A stretch of 64,000 nt of DNA from an uncultured Gammaproteobacteria bacterium. GTDB lineage: Bacteria; Patescibacteriota; Patescibacteriia; UBA9934. Both the position numbers and the translations under genes were made by a program. Shown here one piece after another: positions 1 through 10,481 of the stretch (positions are counted from its first letter, which is position 1; each line of letters opens with the position of its first letter). The notes beneath the pieces were generated by a model. It ran no database searches, was not told where the DNA came from, and saw only the letters and a list, made by a program, of their open reading frames with translations. The DNA is taken from positions 3,426-67,425 of the forward strand of contig CAZORP010000006.1 in assembly GCA_964582615.1 (NCBI GenBank), written 5' to 3'.

Positions 1-1222
1 GAACGAGAGCATCGTAACTTGTTTCTTTAGTTCCTTTCTTTCCAAGAAGATCTTCTTCCCGAAGTTGTTGCGTCGCAAAATACTGTTCTTGGATATTCGC
101 AACTTCTGTAAGTCGCGTTATACGTTGCTTTTCAACCATGAGCGCACGCAGAACCATGGGATCTTGCAAATCAAGCGTAACAAAGCGCTGAACAAGCTCT
201 CTATAGCGCTCGGTGCTCATGGTTGAGATATAGTGCTTATTCATCCAATCGAGCTTGTCTATATTCATCACCGCTCCCCCTTTATTTACCTTCGCGAGAT
301 TAAACGAGGCAATGAGCTCTTCTTGAGAAAAAATCTCACGATCGGAGGTTGGATTAAATCCAAGAGTTCCAAGGAAGTTAATCAACGCCTCGGGAACATA
401 CCCCTTCTCAAGGTATCCCGCCACAGAAACATCACCCTTACGCTTGGAGAGCTTCTTCTTATCAGCACCAAGAATAAGCGGCACGTGTGCATACACCGGA
501 ATCTGTATCCCTAACATTTCATGCAATACAATCTGCTTCGGCATGGACGACAACCATTCCTCCCCCCGAAGCACATGAGAAATCTTCATGAGGTAATCAT
601 CAACGACAACGGCAAAGTGGTACGTTGGAATTCCATTACTCTTAATAAGCACCTGATCATCGACATCCTTCAAATCAAAAGAAATCGTTCCTCGAATGGC
701 ATCGTCAAAGCTCACCCTTCCTTCGGGGACTTTCATGCGAATAACACATTCCTCCCCCGACGCTCTTCGCTGTGCAACCTCCTCAGCGGAAAGCGAGAGA
801 CACTTTCGATCGTACTTTGGATTTTGCTTAAGCGCCATCTGCTCTTCACGCATAGCCTCAAGTCGTTCGTGTGAACAGAAGCAGTAGTACGCATCTTGCT
901 TTTCAAGAAGCTTTGCAATGTAGTTCGTGTAGATCTCAAGGCGTTGTGTTTGAATATAAGGACCGCAATCTCCCTTCTGCCCAAGAGATCCATCACTCTC
1001 AAGAAAAGGACCTTCATCCCAAGACACTCCCATACGCTCCATAACCTCAAGAAGTCCCTCGATGGATCCTGGAACGTAGCGCTCTTGGTCGGTATCTTCA
1101 ATACGAATCAAAAATTCTCCCCCCGCCTGGCGAGCCATGAAATAGTTCCACAAAATAGTTCGCAGGGTTCCGATGTGCACGAAACCTGTTGGAGATGGAG
1201 CGATACGCGTTCGAATATGCAT
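1..1222 (-). CDS. gltX: Glutamyl-tRNA synthetase, C-terminally truncated by the window edge. It is absent from the ORF track because it has no in-window stop.
   Basis: Minus-strand translation from the ATG at 1222 gives MHIRTRIAPSPTGFVHIGTLRT...FLIRIEDTDQERY (class I HIGH region) and later KISHVLRGEEW...KLSKR (KMSKS-like). The listed small ORFs in this region are alternative frames. Confidence 0.8.
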   Translation of the reverse strand, partial: MHIRTRIAPSPTGFVHIGTLRTILWNYFMARQAGGEFLIRIEDTDQERYVPGSIEGLLEVMERMGVSWDEGPFLESDGSLGQKGDCGPYIQTQRLEIYTNYIAKLLEKQDAYYCFCSHERLEAMREEQMALKQNPKYDRKCLSLSAEEVAQRRASGEECVIRMKVPEGRVSFDDAIRGTISFDLKDVDDQVLIKSNGIPTYHFAVVVDDYLMKISHVLRGEEWLSSMPKQIVLHEMLGIQIPVYAHVPLILGADKKKLSKRKGDVSVAGYLEKGYVPEALINFLGTLGFNPTSDREIFSQEELIASFNLAKVNKGGAVMNIDKLDWMNKHYISTMSTERYRELVQRFVTLDLQDPMVLRALMVEKQRITRLTEVANIQEQYFATQQLREEDLLGKKGTKETSYDALV

Positions 1223-1249
1223 AAATCTTTTTCTGAAGGTTACTCAATG

Positions 1250-2161
1250 TTACGAAAAAAAACAACACCGAATCCTTGCGATTACCGCACTGCAAGCACG
1301 AATAAATCTCCTGCGCATAATCGCTTCTTTTGCAATGAGGAGTGGAAATACCACAACCGCCTTAGCGATGCGTTTTCCCCGCCACGGCTGAACGCTCACG
1401 CGGTAGAGCCATTCGAGTCCACGCCTTCTTAAGGCCCAAGGAGATCTCGCTACTCTTCCGCTGAGCATATCAAGCGCACCGCCAACACCAATAATCACCT
1501 TCGTCTTTGGAAGAAGTCGAGCAAACTCCTGCACGATATACTCCTGCTTTCCCTGACGAAGACCCTTTCCCTGACCAAGCGCCACAAAGAGTATGTCGGG
1601 AGCAAAAGCTTGAAGCTCCGTGAAGGTTACCAGTGGAACATGAGGATCTCGTTCGTCGATAAGTCCAGGATCTTTACACAACACAGGACACCCCGGGGCT
1701 TTACGTGCGGCAAGCTCTTGAAATGCCTTATGTTCCAATGGACGTGCGCCGCAGACCGCAATACGAGCATGGGTGGTATATGCAAGATCGAGTAGCATCT
1801 CCAGCGTATCGACTCCGGGATGTACATAATCCTCACACGCCGTGTCATAGAGTGCTGAGAGTGCATACGCAATTCCTGAACCATCAGGAATGCACCACGT
1901 TGCTTGAGACAATACCGATAAAAATGCTGGGTGTGCGTGTGCATCGACAAGCATTTCCGGGTTCACGGTATGTATCGTGACGCAAGATGCTTCAGGAATC
2001 TTTCCAAGAAGCGCATCGGACAGCGCTTTTTTATACTGCTCCCAAGAAAAAAGTGTGCAAAAAATGCCAAGTATTTCGCACTTTTGCACGGGGCGAGTGA
2101 AATTATGCGAGTCGTCGTTTGTGGGAAGATTTTTGCTGTCGCTGGATGTGGAGTTGATCAT
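1250..2161 (-). CDS. WecB/TagA/CpsF-family glycosyltransferase (N-acetylmannosaminyl-transferase-like)
   Basis: C-terminal GLEWLYRVSVQPWRGKR motif and N-terminal VNPEMLV...DGSGI motif typical of the family. The start is probably internal to the 315-aa ORF. Confidence 0.55.
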   Translation of the reverse strand: MINSTSSDSKNLPTNDDSHNFTRPVQKCEILGIFCTLFSWEQYKKALSDALLGKIPEASCVTIHTVNPEMLVDAHAHPAFLSVLSQATWCIPDGSGIAYALSALYDTACEDYVHPGVDTLEMLLDLAYTTHARIAVCGARPLEHKAFQELAARKAPGCPVLCKDPGLIDERDPHVPLVTFTELQAFAPDILFVALGQGKGLRQGKQEYIVQEFARLLPKTKVIIGVGGALDMLSGRVARSPWALRRRGLEWLYRVSVQPWRGKRIAKAVVVFPLLIAKEAIMRRRFIRACSAVIARIRCCFFS

Positions 2162-2624
2162 AGGAAGAAGCCGTATGTTGAGGGGCGGGAAATGCAAGAA
2201 CCGTTAGCGCGACGCCAAGGACTCCTCCCAGCGTATCGAAAAGCAAATCGAGCATCGTATCACGGAGTCCCATTTGTGAAACGCCGTAGGAGCTTCCCAT
2301 GCGCCAAGCATCACAAATCGCTTCTAGCCATTCCCAGCCAACACCAATGCTAAGAATGATGCCAAGCATGGAAAAAACCGCGCCAAGACTCAATAGGAAG
2401 CCAAGAGGGGCATGCCACACGCTTTTGAGCATCTTGCTTGTAAGAAGATACGCAAGAACTCCGGACGCAACTCCCCCAAGCGTATGCATCATGACGTCAT
2501 ACCACCACAGCGTGGCATACCAATCGTGCATGACCGCGGGGGCATGCAGAAGAAACACGAGGAGAATCCAGCCTAGAGTCCAAAAAGCTTGTCGCATATC
2601 ATGGAAAATCATACTCCATTTCAC
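2103..2624 (-). CDS. Hypothetical polytopic membrane protein
   Basis: 173-aa ORF with several hydrophobic helices. No recognisable catalytic motif. Confidence 0.35.
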   Translation of the reverse strand: MKWSMIFHDMRQAFWTLGWILLVFLLHAPAVMHDWYATLWWYDVMMHTLGGVASGVLAYLLTSKMLKSVWHAPLGFLLSLGAVFSMLGIILSIGVGWEWLEAICDAWRMGSSYGVSQMGLRDTMLDLLFDTLGGVLGVALTVLAFPAPQHTASSYDQLHIQRQQKSSHKRRLA

Positions 2625-2724
2625 GAACTGTGTACAACGTCACCATGAACCTTTGACAAACATAATTAGCACTCTATAATAACGAGTGCTAACCTCTTTT
2701 TCCTTCACTTTGCGCGTCTTTTCT

Positions 2725-5370
2725 ATGATTCCGAACAACTTTACCTCGAAGTCCCAAGAAGCCATCCAGCGTGCACAGGTTCTTGCAAACGACAATGGAC
2801 AACACGGCATCGAGCCAATTCACCTTCTCTCTTCGCTTATTACTCCAGACGAAGGTTTCGTGGTAACGATTCTTAAAAAAATGGAGATTCCTCTTTCTGC
2901 ACTCAGGGGAGATATTGCGCGCGTTCTAGAAACGCTCCCCCGTCACGCCTCCATTGAACGCGGTGGCATTGGGCAGGTCATGCTCGCACCCCCCATGGCA
3001 ATCGTTCTTAAAAGCGCCGGCGATAAAGCCGCTTCGTTTGGCGACGAGTACATTAGCACCGAGCATCTTTTTCTTGGACTTCTTGATGACAAGCTCACAG
3101 GAAGCATGCTTAAAGATTACGACATCACCGAAGAAGCTGTCCTTACAACCCTCAAATCTCTACGAGGTGCACAAAAGGTTGACTCCCCCGAACCTGAAGC
3201 GAAATTTCAGGCTATTGAAAAGTACTGCACCAACCTCACCGAACGCGCTCGACATGGAAAACTCGATCCAACCATTGGACGCGATGAGGAAATTCGGCGC
3301 GTTATGCAAGTACTCTCTCGACGCACAAAGAACAACCCTGTCCTTATCGGTGAAGCTGGCGTTGGTAAAACCTCTATTGTCGAAGGTCTCGCACAACGCA
3401 TTATCGCAGGAGATGTTCCAGAGACTCTCAAGGATCGGGAAGTTGTCTCTTTGGATTTGGGATCACTCATTGCAGGCACGAAATTTCGTGGAGAGTTTGA
3501 AGAACGCCTTAAAGCCATCATGAAGGAAGTTCGCGAAGCTGAGGGCATCTATATTCTCTTTATCGACGAACTTCACATGCTCGTTGGTGCAGGAAAGGGT
3601 GACGACTCCCCCATGGATGCAAGTAACCTTCTCAAGCCCGCACTTGCGCGAGGAGAACTTCGCGTCATTGGCGCTACCACGACGAAGGAGTATCAAAAGC
3701 ATATTGAAAAAGATCAGGCACTTGAACGAAGATTCCAACCCATTAGCGTTGCAGAGCCTTCTCAAGCTGACGCTATTGCCATGCTTCGGGGAACCAAAGA
3801 ACGTTATGAAATTCACCACGGTGTACGCATATCCGACAATGCACTTATTGCCGCGGTAGAACTTTCCTCGCGCTACATTACCGATCGACAACTTCCCGAC
3901 AAAGCCGTTGACCTTATCGATGAAGCGGCGGCGGCACTACGTCTGCAAATTGATTCCATGCCTGAAGAGCTCGATCGTCTTAAACGCGAAGCGACACGTC
4001 TTGATATTGAAAAACGAGCTCTGCAAAAAGAAGAAGACCAGGAGGCGCGAGATCGTCTGCAGGAAATTGAAAAGCACCTTGCCGATCTTCTTGAAAAAAT
4101 GCGCGATCTTGAAGCGCGATGGCAGAGCGAGAAGAGTATCATTGGGGAACTACGCGAACACAAAGGCACCATCGATCGCCTTACCAACGAAGCTGAGTAT
4201 GAGGAGCGTCGTGGCAACCTAGAACGCGTCGCGGAAATTCGCTACGCACAAATTCCCGAAGAACGAAAAAAACTCCAAAGCCTTGAAGAGTCTCTAAGAA
4301 AATTCCAAGCAGAACGAGGACTTCTTAAAGAAGTCATTACCGAAGAGGATATCGCCGCGGTTGTTGCGAGGTGGACGCACGTTCCCGTTGCCAAAATGCT
4401 CGAAAGCGAAATGCTCAAACTTGTTCGCATGGAAGACGAGCTTAAGCGACGAGTCATCGGACAAGAAGAAGCTATTCGCGCAGTTTCCAACGCGCTCCGA
4501 CGATCTCGAGCGGGAATTTCAGAGGAAAAACGCCCCATCGGATCATTTATTTTCCTAGGACCAACCGGCGTTGGTAAGACTGAACTCGCAAAAGCACTCG
4601 CTGAATTCATGTTTAACGACGAAAAAGCTCTCATCCGACTCGACATGAGTGAGTACATGGAAAAACACAGCGTGTCACGCATGGTGGGATCTCCCCCGGG
4701 CTACATCGGACATGATGAGGGTGGGCAACTGACCGAAATCGTACGACGTCGACCTTATGCCGTACTACTCTTTGATGAAGTCGAAAAAGCGCATCCCGAT
4801 GTCTTTCATACCCTTCTGCAAATTCTTGACGATGGACGACTTACCGACGCCAAGGGTCGTGTGGTGAACTTCAAAAACACCATCATTATCATGACGTCCA
4901 ATATTGGAAGCGACACCATTCTCTCGGGAGGAAAACGGGATCACATCGGCTTTACCGATGACGATCGCCATCAGCAAAATGTTGACGAAAGTGTAAAATC
5001 TCTCTTGAAAGAACATTTTCGACCTGAGTTCCTCAATCGCATTGATGAAACCATCGTTTTCCACGCACTCACCAAGGAACACCTTGAACACATCGTCAGC
5101 TTACAACTTCATCTTGTTGAACAGCGCCTTAAAGAACATCGCGATATCACCTTAAAATTTACCCAAAAAGCAAAAGACTTTCTCGCCAGAAAGGGATACG
5201 ATAGCGCCTACGGAGCACGCCCCCTCAAGCGCGTCATCCAAGATCATATTCTCAACCCACTCGCCCTCAGCATTGTACGCGGTGACGTTCCAGAAAAATC
5301 TACCGTAACTATTGATGAAAAGAAGGACGCGCTTACACTAAAAATTACCACCTATGGAGGGTCGAATTAA
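2725..5370 (+). CDS. clpB: ATP-dependent chaperone ClpB
   Basis: Two AAA+ modules (GEAGVGKT Walker A with FIDELH Walker B; GPTGVGKT with [10 protein letters not shown]) separated by a long coiled-coil M-domain. Clp N-domain at the N-terminus. 894-aa ORF; the start is probably the second Met ([10 protein letters not shown]). Confidence 0.95.
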   Translation: MIPNNFTSKSQEAIQRAQVLANDNGQHGIEPIHLLSSLITPDEGFVVTILKKMEIPLSALRGDIARVLETLPRHASIERGGIGQVMLAPPMAIVLKSAGDKAASFGDEYISTEHLFLGLLDDKLTGSMLKDYDITEEAVLTTLKSLRGAQKVDSPEPEAKFQAIEKYCTNLTERARHGKLDPTIGRDEEIRRVMQVLSRRTKNNPVLIGEAGVGKTSIVEGLAQRIIAGDVPETLKDREVVSLDLGSLIAGTKFRGEFEERLKAIMKEVREAEGIYILFIDELHMLVGAGKGDDSPMDASNLLKPALARGELRVIGATTTKEYQKHIEKDQALERRFQPISVAEPSQADAIAMLRGTKERYEIHHGVRISDNALIAAVELSSRYITDRQLPDKAVDLIDEAAAALRLQIDSMPEELDRLKREATRLDIEKRALQKEEDQEARDRLQEIEKHLADLLEKMRDLEARWQSEKSIIGELREHKGTIDRLTNEAEYEERRGNLERVAEIRYAQIPEERKKLQSLEESLRKFQAERGLLKEVITEEDIAAVVARWTHVPVAKMLESEMLKLVRMEDELKRRVIGQEEAIRAVSNALRRSRAGISEEKRPIGSFIFLGPTGVGKTELAKALAEFMFNDEKALIRLDMSEYMEKHSVSRMVGSPPGYIGHDEGGQLTEIVRRRPYAVLLFDEVEKAHPDVFHTLLQILDDGRLTDAKGRVVNFKNTIIIMTSNIGSDTILSGGKRDHIGFTDDDRHQQNVDESVKSLLKEHFRPEFLNRIDETIVFHALTKEHLEHIVSLQLHLVEQRLKEHRDITLKFTQKAKDFLARKGYDSAYGARPLKRVIQDHILNPLALSIVRGDVPEKSTVTIDEKKDALTLKITTYGGSN

Positions 5371-5872
5371 GAATTTCGAACATACGCTACGCGAATATAG
5401 CCAGGTTGGGCTTGGTGAAAGCCCGCAAAGACTTCAAGCGGTAGATACCTTTATTGGCGAAATTTGCCATACCCTTGGTATATCTAGAGAACACCTGCCA
5501 ACCTACACAAAACAAGATCTTCAAAGAATTCTTACCGAGCGGGGCATCTCTTGCACACCGGAAGATCTTCGCACGATAAGCAAGTCGCTCTTTTTGTCAT
5601 CAGGGCAACAGTTCACCCTTGCACACGAACTCTTTCCTTGGGAAGACATGAGCAATCGCGTACTCAATGCACTGAACTTTGCAGGTATCACCGATCTTTC
5701 TGAACTTCGCGATATAACCCTCGAGGGACTTCAAGAACTTACAAGACCTGTATTTATTGCAGGAAGAAACCTTGAAAATCTCAGAGAACTGCTTGACGAC
5801 GCAGGTATACCACATGCGCTTGTACAACACGTGCCCGAAAGCTTGATATCCGCAAGAAAGAAAGGTCATTAA
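5354..5872 (+). CDS. Hypothetical protein with two helix-hairpin-helix repeats that resemble the RNA polymerase alpha-CTD
   Basis: 172 aa. Segments LGISREHLPTYTKQDLQRILTERGIS and VLNALNFAGITDLSELRDITLEGLQEL fit the alpha-CTD/HhH pattern (L..N.L..aGI.t..dL......L). Confidence 0.4.
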   Translation: MEGRIKNFEHTLREYSQVGLGESPQRLQAVDTFIGEICHTLGISREHLPTYTKQDLQRILTERGISCTPEDLRTISKSLFLSSGQQFTLAHELFPWEDMSNRVLNALNFAGITDLSELRDITLEGLQELTRPVFIAGRNLENLRELLDDAGIPHALVQHVPESLISARKKGH

Positions 5873-5897
5873 TCTCCAGGCTGTTAACAAAAAACCA

Positions 5898-5929
5898 CCA
5901 AGATTCTTGGTGGTTTTTCTTCATCGGCA
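5898..5929. terminator. Bidirectional intrinsic terminator between the convergent 5354..5872 ORF and ppa
   Basis: aaaaaCCACCAAGattcCTTGGTGGttttt: 8-bp perfect stem flanked by A-run and T-run. Confidence 0.75.
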
Positions 5930-5940
5930 TGTAAAGCTTC

Positions 5941-6525
5941 CTACGCAATAGTTGGGAGGATTTCCGCCTCGTAACGCTCCTGACACTCCTTGATAACTTT
6001 TACCGCCTCATCCGCTTCAAAGAAACCAAGCACCTTGCACGTTCCCGGCTTCTTTACGTGCTTGTAGAATTCAAAATAGTGCGCAACTTCCTTTTCCCAG
6101 TGAGGTCCAAAATCTTTGTACGAAACAATGTGATCAACGCGCTTGTCATCTGCGAGCACACAAATCACCTTGTCATCAATCTCTCCCCCGTCTTCAAATT
6201 TAATAATTCCCACAACACGAACCTCTGCAAGAGATCCAGGAACAAGGGGCTCGGTAACATCCGCAATAATGAAGTCGAGCATGTCGTTATCGTGATCCCA
6301 TGTCTTTGGAAGAAGACCGTAAGCAACAGGATATGCAAGAGACGAGTATCCCACGCGATCGAGCTTAAGGTGACCGGTCTGCGTAATGAATTCGTATTTG
6401 TTAATGCTGTGTGCGTTAATTTCTACGAGTCCATTGAGAACGCGCTTCTCTTCGTTTGCCCATGTTGGTAGTGCATGGAGCAAGTTTGGCATGAATTTTT
6501 GAATAGGGGTGGAAAGATTTGCCAT
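5941..6525 (-). CDS. ppa: Inorganic pyrophosphatase (family I)
   Basis: INAHSINKYEF, DHDNDMLDFIIADV and YFEFYKHV motifs typical of soluble family I PPase. Confidence 0.85.
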   Translation of the reverse strand: MANLSTPIQKFMPNLLHALPTWANEEKRVLNGLVEINAHSINKYEFITQTGHLKLDRVGYSSLAYPVAYGLLPKTWDHDNDMLDFIIADVTEPLVPGSLAEVRVVGIIKFEDGGEIDDKVICVLADDKRVDHIVSYKDFGPHWEKEVAHYFEFYKHVKKPGTCKVLGFFEADEAVKVIKECQERYEAEILPTIA

Positions 6526-6621
6526 AGGACAATGTCATGTTTTTGTGGCAAAAGTATACGGAATTCCAAGCGGTCAGGCAAGCTTTCCACAAAAACTCTC
6601 GACTTGCTATACTTTCAAGGT

Positions 6622-8007
6622 ATGCAACGACAACACCTCTTTCCATGGTTTGCCATCTCGCTTGGCGTCTTCGCGTTAACCTCGCGCGTCAGCCTTGCGG
6701 CCTTTGATCCTGAGTACATCCTCTCAGACAGCGAATTAACCGATGTCTACAGCATGGATCAAAATCACATTCGAAGTTTCCTTGAAGCTCACGGAGCTCT
6801 TGGAAATCTTCGCCTTCCTGACTATAGCGGAAAAATACATTGGGCATCCGATATTATTTGGTATGCCGCACAAAACCACGGCATTAGTCCGAAGGTTCTT
6901 CTTGTAATGCTACAAAAAGAACAAAGTCTTGTTGATGATGAAGATCCCACGCAAAAACAACTTGACTGGGCTATGGGCTATGGAGTTTGTGATGCTTGCA
7001 GTATGAATGACCCTGCAGTACAGCGTTGGCAAGGTTTTGGCAAACAAGTTAATTCCGCGGCGCTTCAATTCAGTGAAGGCTACCTTGCAGACATCGCGGC
7101 GTACGGCGTCACTGCGGGAAAATATGGTCCAGGAATTCCTGTGGTTATCAACGGAACAACTATCACCCCACAAAATGCCGCAACCGCCGCACTCTACGCC
7201 TACACTCCACATTTTCATGGAAACGAGAACTTCTCGCGTCTTTGGGAGGCTTGGTTTGGAAAAACCTACCCTTCAGGAAGTCTCGTGCAGATTTCAGGAG
7301 AATCCGTTGTATGGCTCCTGAAGAACGGCTATCGCTACAGCATTCCTTCTGCAAGTGTCCTTCTTTCGCGTTTTCCAAATCAAGCAGTGCTACCCATTAG
7401 TTCAAGCAGTCTTACAAGCTACCCCGAAGGAGGATCAATCACACTTCCCAACTACTCGCTCATAGAAGCAGAGGATGGTGAGCGCTACCTTCTTGTTGAC
7501 GATACACTTCGCCCCATCGCTGACGAGGAAACATTTCGCGCTATAGGATTTTCAGAAGATGAACTCGTCTATCTCAAAGATGATGAGATCGCAACCTACA
7601 CCAAGGGAAGTACCATCACTACGTCAACCATTGCTCCGCAGGGAAAACTCTACGAGCTCACAACCAATAAAGCACGCTTCTTTGTACAAGACGGTGTTCG
7701 ACATCCTATTTTTGACGAAACGCTCTACCACATTCGCTTTGGTTCACAACAACCAACGCCTGTTGAGCCCATGGTTCTTGAACAACTCAAAGAAGGATCC
7801 CCCATTCGTCTTCCCGACGGTATTCTTGTAAAATCTCCATCCTCCCCCACAGTGTACGTTATCTCTGACGGCATGCGTCGCCCCATTCCTTCCGAAGAAG
7901 TCTTTCTCTCATTTGGCTATGCATGGAACTCCATCGTCACACTTCCTGAGGATATTCTTGGCCTCAACAAGGAAGGAGAGCCTCTTGCCATTGATGAGGA
8001 AACCTAA
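6622..8007 (+). CDS. Secreted or membrane-anchored protein with four C-terminal internal repeats
   Basis: Signal-peptide-like N-terminus (MQRQHLFPWFAISLGVFALTSRVSLAA). Four repeats of the form G.R.PI.sEevF...G (YRYSIPSASV, LRPIADEETFRAIGF, VRHPIFDETLYHIRFG, MRRPIPSEEVFLSFGY). Confidence 0.5.
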   Translation: MQRQHLFPWFAISLGVFALTSRVSLAAFDPEYILSDSELTDVYSMDQNHIRSFLEAHGALGNLRLPDYSGKIHWASDIIWYAAQNHGISPKVLLVMLQKEQSLVDDEDPTQKQLDWAMGYGVCDACSMNDPAVQRWQGFGKQVNSAALQFSEGYLADIAAYGVTAGKYGPGIPVVINGTTITPQNAATAALYAYTPHFHGNENFSRLWEAWFGKTYPSGSLVQISGESVVWLLKNGYRYSIPSASVLLSRFPNQAVLPISSSSLTSYPEGGSITLPNYSLIEAEDGERYLLVDDTLRPIADEETFRAIGFSEDELVYLKDDEIATYTKGSTITTSTIAPQGKLYELTTNKARFFVQDGVRHPIFDETLYHIRFGSQQPTPVEPMVLEQLKEGSPIRLPDGILVKSPSSPTVYVISDGMRRPIPSEEVFLSFGYAWNSIVTLPEDILGLNKEGEPLAIDEET

Positions 8008-8010
8008 CCT

Positions 8011-8742
8011 ATGCTCGTCGCCGCGGCATTCGTTCCCGCCTCACCGCTTCTTCTTTCCTCGGTGCATAAGCATGCAGAGCAAGAAGCGGGAGCAACCCTC
8101 AGATCACTTCGCTATCTTGCAGATCTCTGGTATGCACAAGGTATCACCACGCTCTGCATTGTTAGCGGATCTCGTTTTGCATACGACGACGCAATCGCCA
8201 TTGATGTCAACGACCCCTATCACATTGACCTTGAAGAAGTTGGTGATTTAAGCAAGGGGGAAACTTTTCACCCTAACATGAAGCTTATTGACGCTCTCCA
8301 GCGGCAAGCACGAAAACAGCATCTCCCAATAACTCTCACAAGCGACCCTCTCCTACCTCTTGGAAGTGCCGCGGCACTCAAGCTCTTCACAAAACACCGA
8401 CCCTCCATGCGCATTGTTCCTATCATTCCCGCGCGACAAGGCTCGGTAAAAATGCACTACCAAATGGGAGGGCTTCTCAAGTCGCTCATCGAAGAAGTTC
8501 ACGAGCGCGTAGGACTTATTGCAACCGAAGATCTCCCCCTTCACGAGGTACGCGACATTGAAACCATTCTCCAAGAAAAAAGCATCGCTTCTTTCTTCTC
8601 GTTTAGCGAGGATTCAAACAAGAAACCCCACCTGCCGCTAGCGGTGCTTCTTGGAGCGCAAGAACACTCAAGAAATCGGACGGAAATTCTCAGCCTTGAA
8701 TCTCCCTTTGACGTAGGCTATCTTGTTGCTCACGTCACATGA
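8011..8742 (+). CDS. Hypothetical protein
   Basis: 243-aa ORF, stop codon 4 bp before the priA-like start. No motif recognised. Confidence 0.35.
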   Translation: MLVAAAFVPASPLLLSSVHKHAEQEAGATLRSLRYLADLWYAQGITTLCIVSGSRFAYDDAIAIDVNDPYHIDLEEVGDLSKGETFHPNMKLIDALQRQARKQHLPITLTSDPLLPLGSAAALKLFTKHRPSMRIVPIIPARQGSVKMHYQMGGLLKSLIEEVHERVGLIATEDLPLHEVRDIETILQEKSIASFFSFSEDSNKKPHLPLAVLLGAQEHSRNRTEILSLESPFDVGYLVAHVT

Positions 8743-10481
8743 TCGCAGAAATTATCCCCCTCACGCGCCTTCCCGCGCACCTTACGTGTCTTGACTATCT
8801 CATTCCCGAGGGATGCGAGCTTGTTCGTGGCGACCTTGTACGCATTCCTCTGCGCGGATCTTCCGCCTACGGCATTGTTTCTGGAGTAAAGTCCCACAGC
8901 GACATTCCCACGCCTGAACTTCACCGTCTCAAAACCCTCATCGGTAAAGAAGCGTCTTCTTTTCTTAAAGACGCTCATCAGGATCGCCTTCAAGCCATCG
9001 CTCGAGTTCTTGGAGAATCTCCGGCCATGCTTTACACATCAGCACTTCAGCACAGCGTTCCCACGCCGCGCGTGCAAAGAAAAAGCTCCATACATCGAAC
9101 CACTCGCACGCCTCGACCGTCTTCGCTCAAAGGAGAAACTCTCAAGGAAGCGCGCTTGCGCTACGATGAAATCTTCGAAAAAAATCTTCGTCACTATGCA
9201 ACAAGTGTCGATCCCGAAGCCGCATATGCACTCGTCATGATGCTCGCTAAACGAGCACAGCATGAACAGTCTCAATTACTTGTACTACTTCCCTCAGATC
9301 ACCGAGCAACGCTTGCTTCAGAACTTTTTCAAAATATCCCTCACGGAGTTCTTACCGGAAAGACCCCACCAAGAACGCGAGAAGAGCTTTTTTCCGCGTG
9401 GCACAGCGGAGAACTCCCCCTTCTTCTTACCACGCGACAAGGAGCCCTATGGGAAGGCAAATGTCTCTTTGGCGTCGTAGTACTTGATAGCGGCAATGAT
9501 GGGTACACCGCAACACTGCGGCGTCCTCTTTATGACCCTAGGGAAGCCGGGTATCTTCTTGCACGAGATCACGAAGCTTTTTATATTAGCCTCGACACAC
9601 TTCCTCGCGTTGAAGACGTTGCGCGCATACCCCACGACCTTCAACAAGACGCAAGGATTTTTCCTGATATTCCAAAAACCGAAGTTATTTCTTTGAGAAA
9701 TCTTGAGGAAAAGACTCCTTATCTTTTTCTCACCGCCACACTCTTGCAAGCCATTGAGGAAGCTTCACAACAAGGCAAACGTGTGCTACTCTTCCTTAAT
9801 CGCAAAGGAGCCGCAAAACGCCTCTTTTGCAAAGGATGTTCTCATACACCGCGATGCGGAACATGTGGGGAAGTTCCCAGCGTACGAAAAGACGACCTCG
9901 TCTGTCCACGCTGTCATACCGAAATGTGGATTCCAACCTCGTGTCCCGAGTGCGGATCCGCAAAGCTCGTTCTTCAGGGCGTTGGATCAACAAAAGTACT
10001 CCACGAGCTTGAACGGGCCTTTCCTCAACTCTCGCGAAGCGAAGTACAGAAAGATGAGCCTCTTCCTGAGAAACTCGGCGACATCATTCTTGTAACGGAG
10101 TTTTTCTTTAGCACCTATCTTGAACCTTTTGTCGCTTATAATCTTGGTGTCGTCGCCGATCTCTTTGGAGACCTTGGGCTTCATCATGATGATATTCGGG
10201 TTACCGAAAAAACCGCGCGTCACCTTGCAAGACTCTCTTACCTTGCACACCGAGAAAACGCTCGTTGCATTATTCAAACCTTTCTTCCCGAACGACTTCC
10301 TCCACTTCAAAATCCAAGATTTTTCTTCGCGGAAGAACTTGCCTTGCGAGAACGCTATCGACTGCCACCCTTTGGCACCATGTATACCACCCGTCACGGC
10401 ATTTACCGTAATCCCACACCGCTACCCACTGAACCCTTTTCTTACGATGGAACCTATGACACACCTTATCGTTCTTCATGA
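8739..10481 (+). CDS. priA: PriA-like primosomal protein N' with degenerate helicase motifs
   Basis: N-terminal 3'-DNA-binding-like region and a CxxC...CxxC...CxxC...CxxC zinc-binding insert (CKGCSHTPRCGTCG...CPRCHTEMWIPTSCPECGS). No GxGKT Walker A seen. Confidence 0.55.
   Translation: MIAEIIPLTRLPAHLTCLDYLIPEGCELVRGDLVRIPLRGSSAYGIVSGVKSHSDIPTPELHRLKTLIGKEASSFLKDAHQDRLQAIARVLGESPAMLYTSALQHSVPTPRVQRKSSIHRTTRTPRPSSLKGETLKEARLRYDEIFEKNLRHYATSVDPEAAYALVMMLAKRAQHEQSQLLVLLPSDHRATLASELFQNIPHGVLTGKTPPRTREELFSAWHSGELPLLLTTRQGALWEGKCLFGVVVLDSGNDGYTATLRRPLYDPREAGYLLARDHEAFYISLDTLPRVEDVARIPHDLQQDARIFPDIPKTEVISLRNLEEKTPYLFLTATLLQAIEEASQQGKRVLLFLNRKGAAKRLFCKGCSHTPRCGTCGEVPSVRKDDLVCPRCHTEMWIPTSCPECGSAKLVLQGVGSTKVLHELERAFPQLSRSEVQKDEPLPEKLGDIILVTEFFFSTYLEPFVAYNLGVVADLFGDLGLHHDDIRVTEKTARHLARLSYLAHRENARCIIQTFLPERLPPLQNPRFFFAEELALRERYRLPPFGTMYTTRHGIYRNPTPLPTEPFSYDGTYDTPYRSS

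Noticed and set aside
2954-4682. Several 100-190-aa ORFs on both strands inside clpB (e.g. 2954..3523, 3873..4217, 4242..4682)
   Set aside because: All lie within the well-supported 894-aa ClpB frame and are Ser/Arg-rich translations of its alternative frames.
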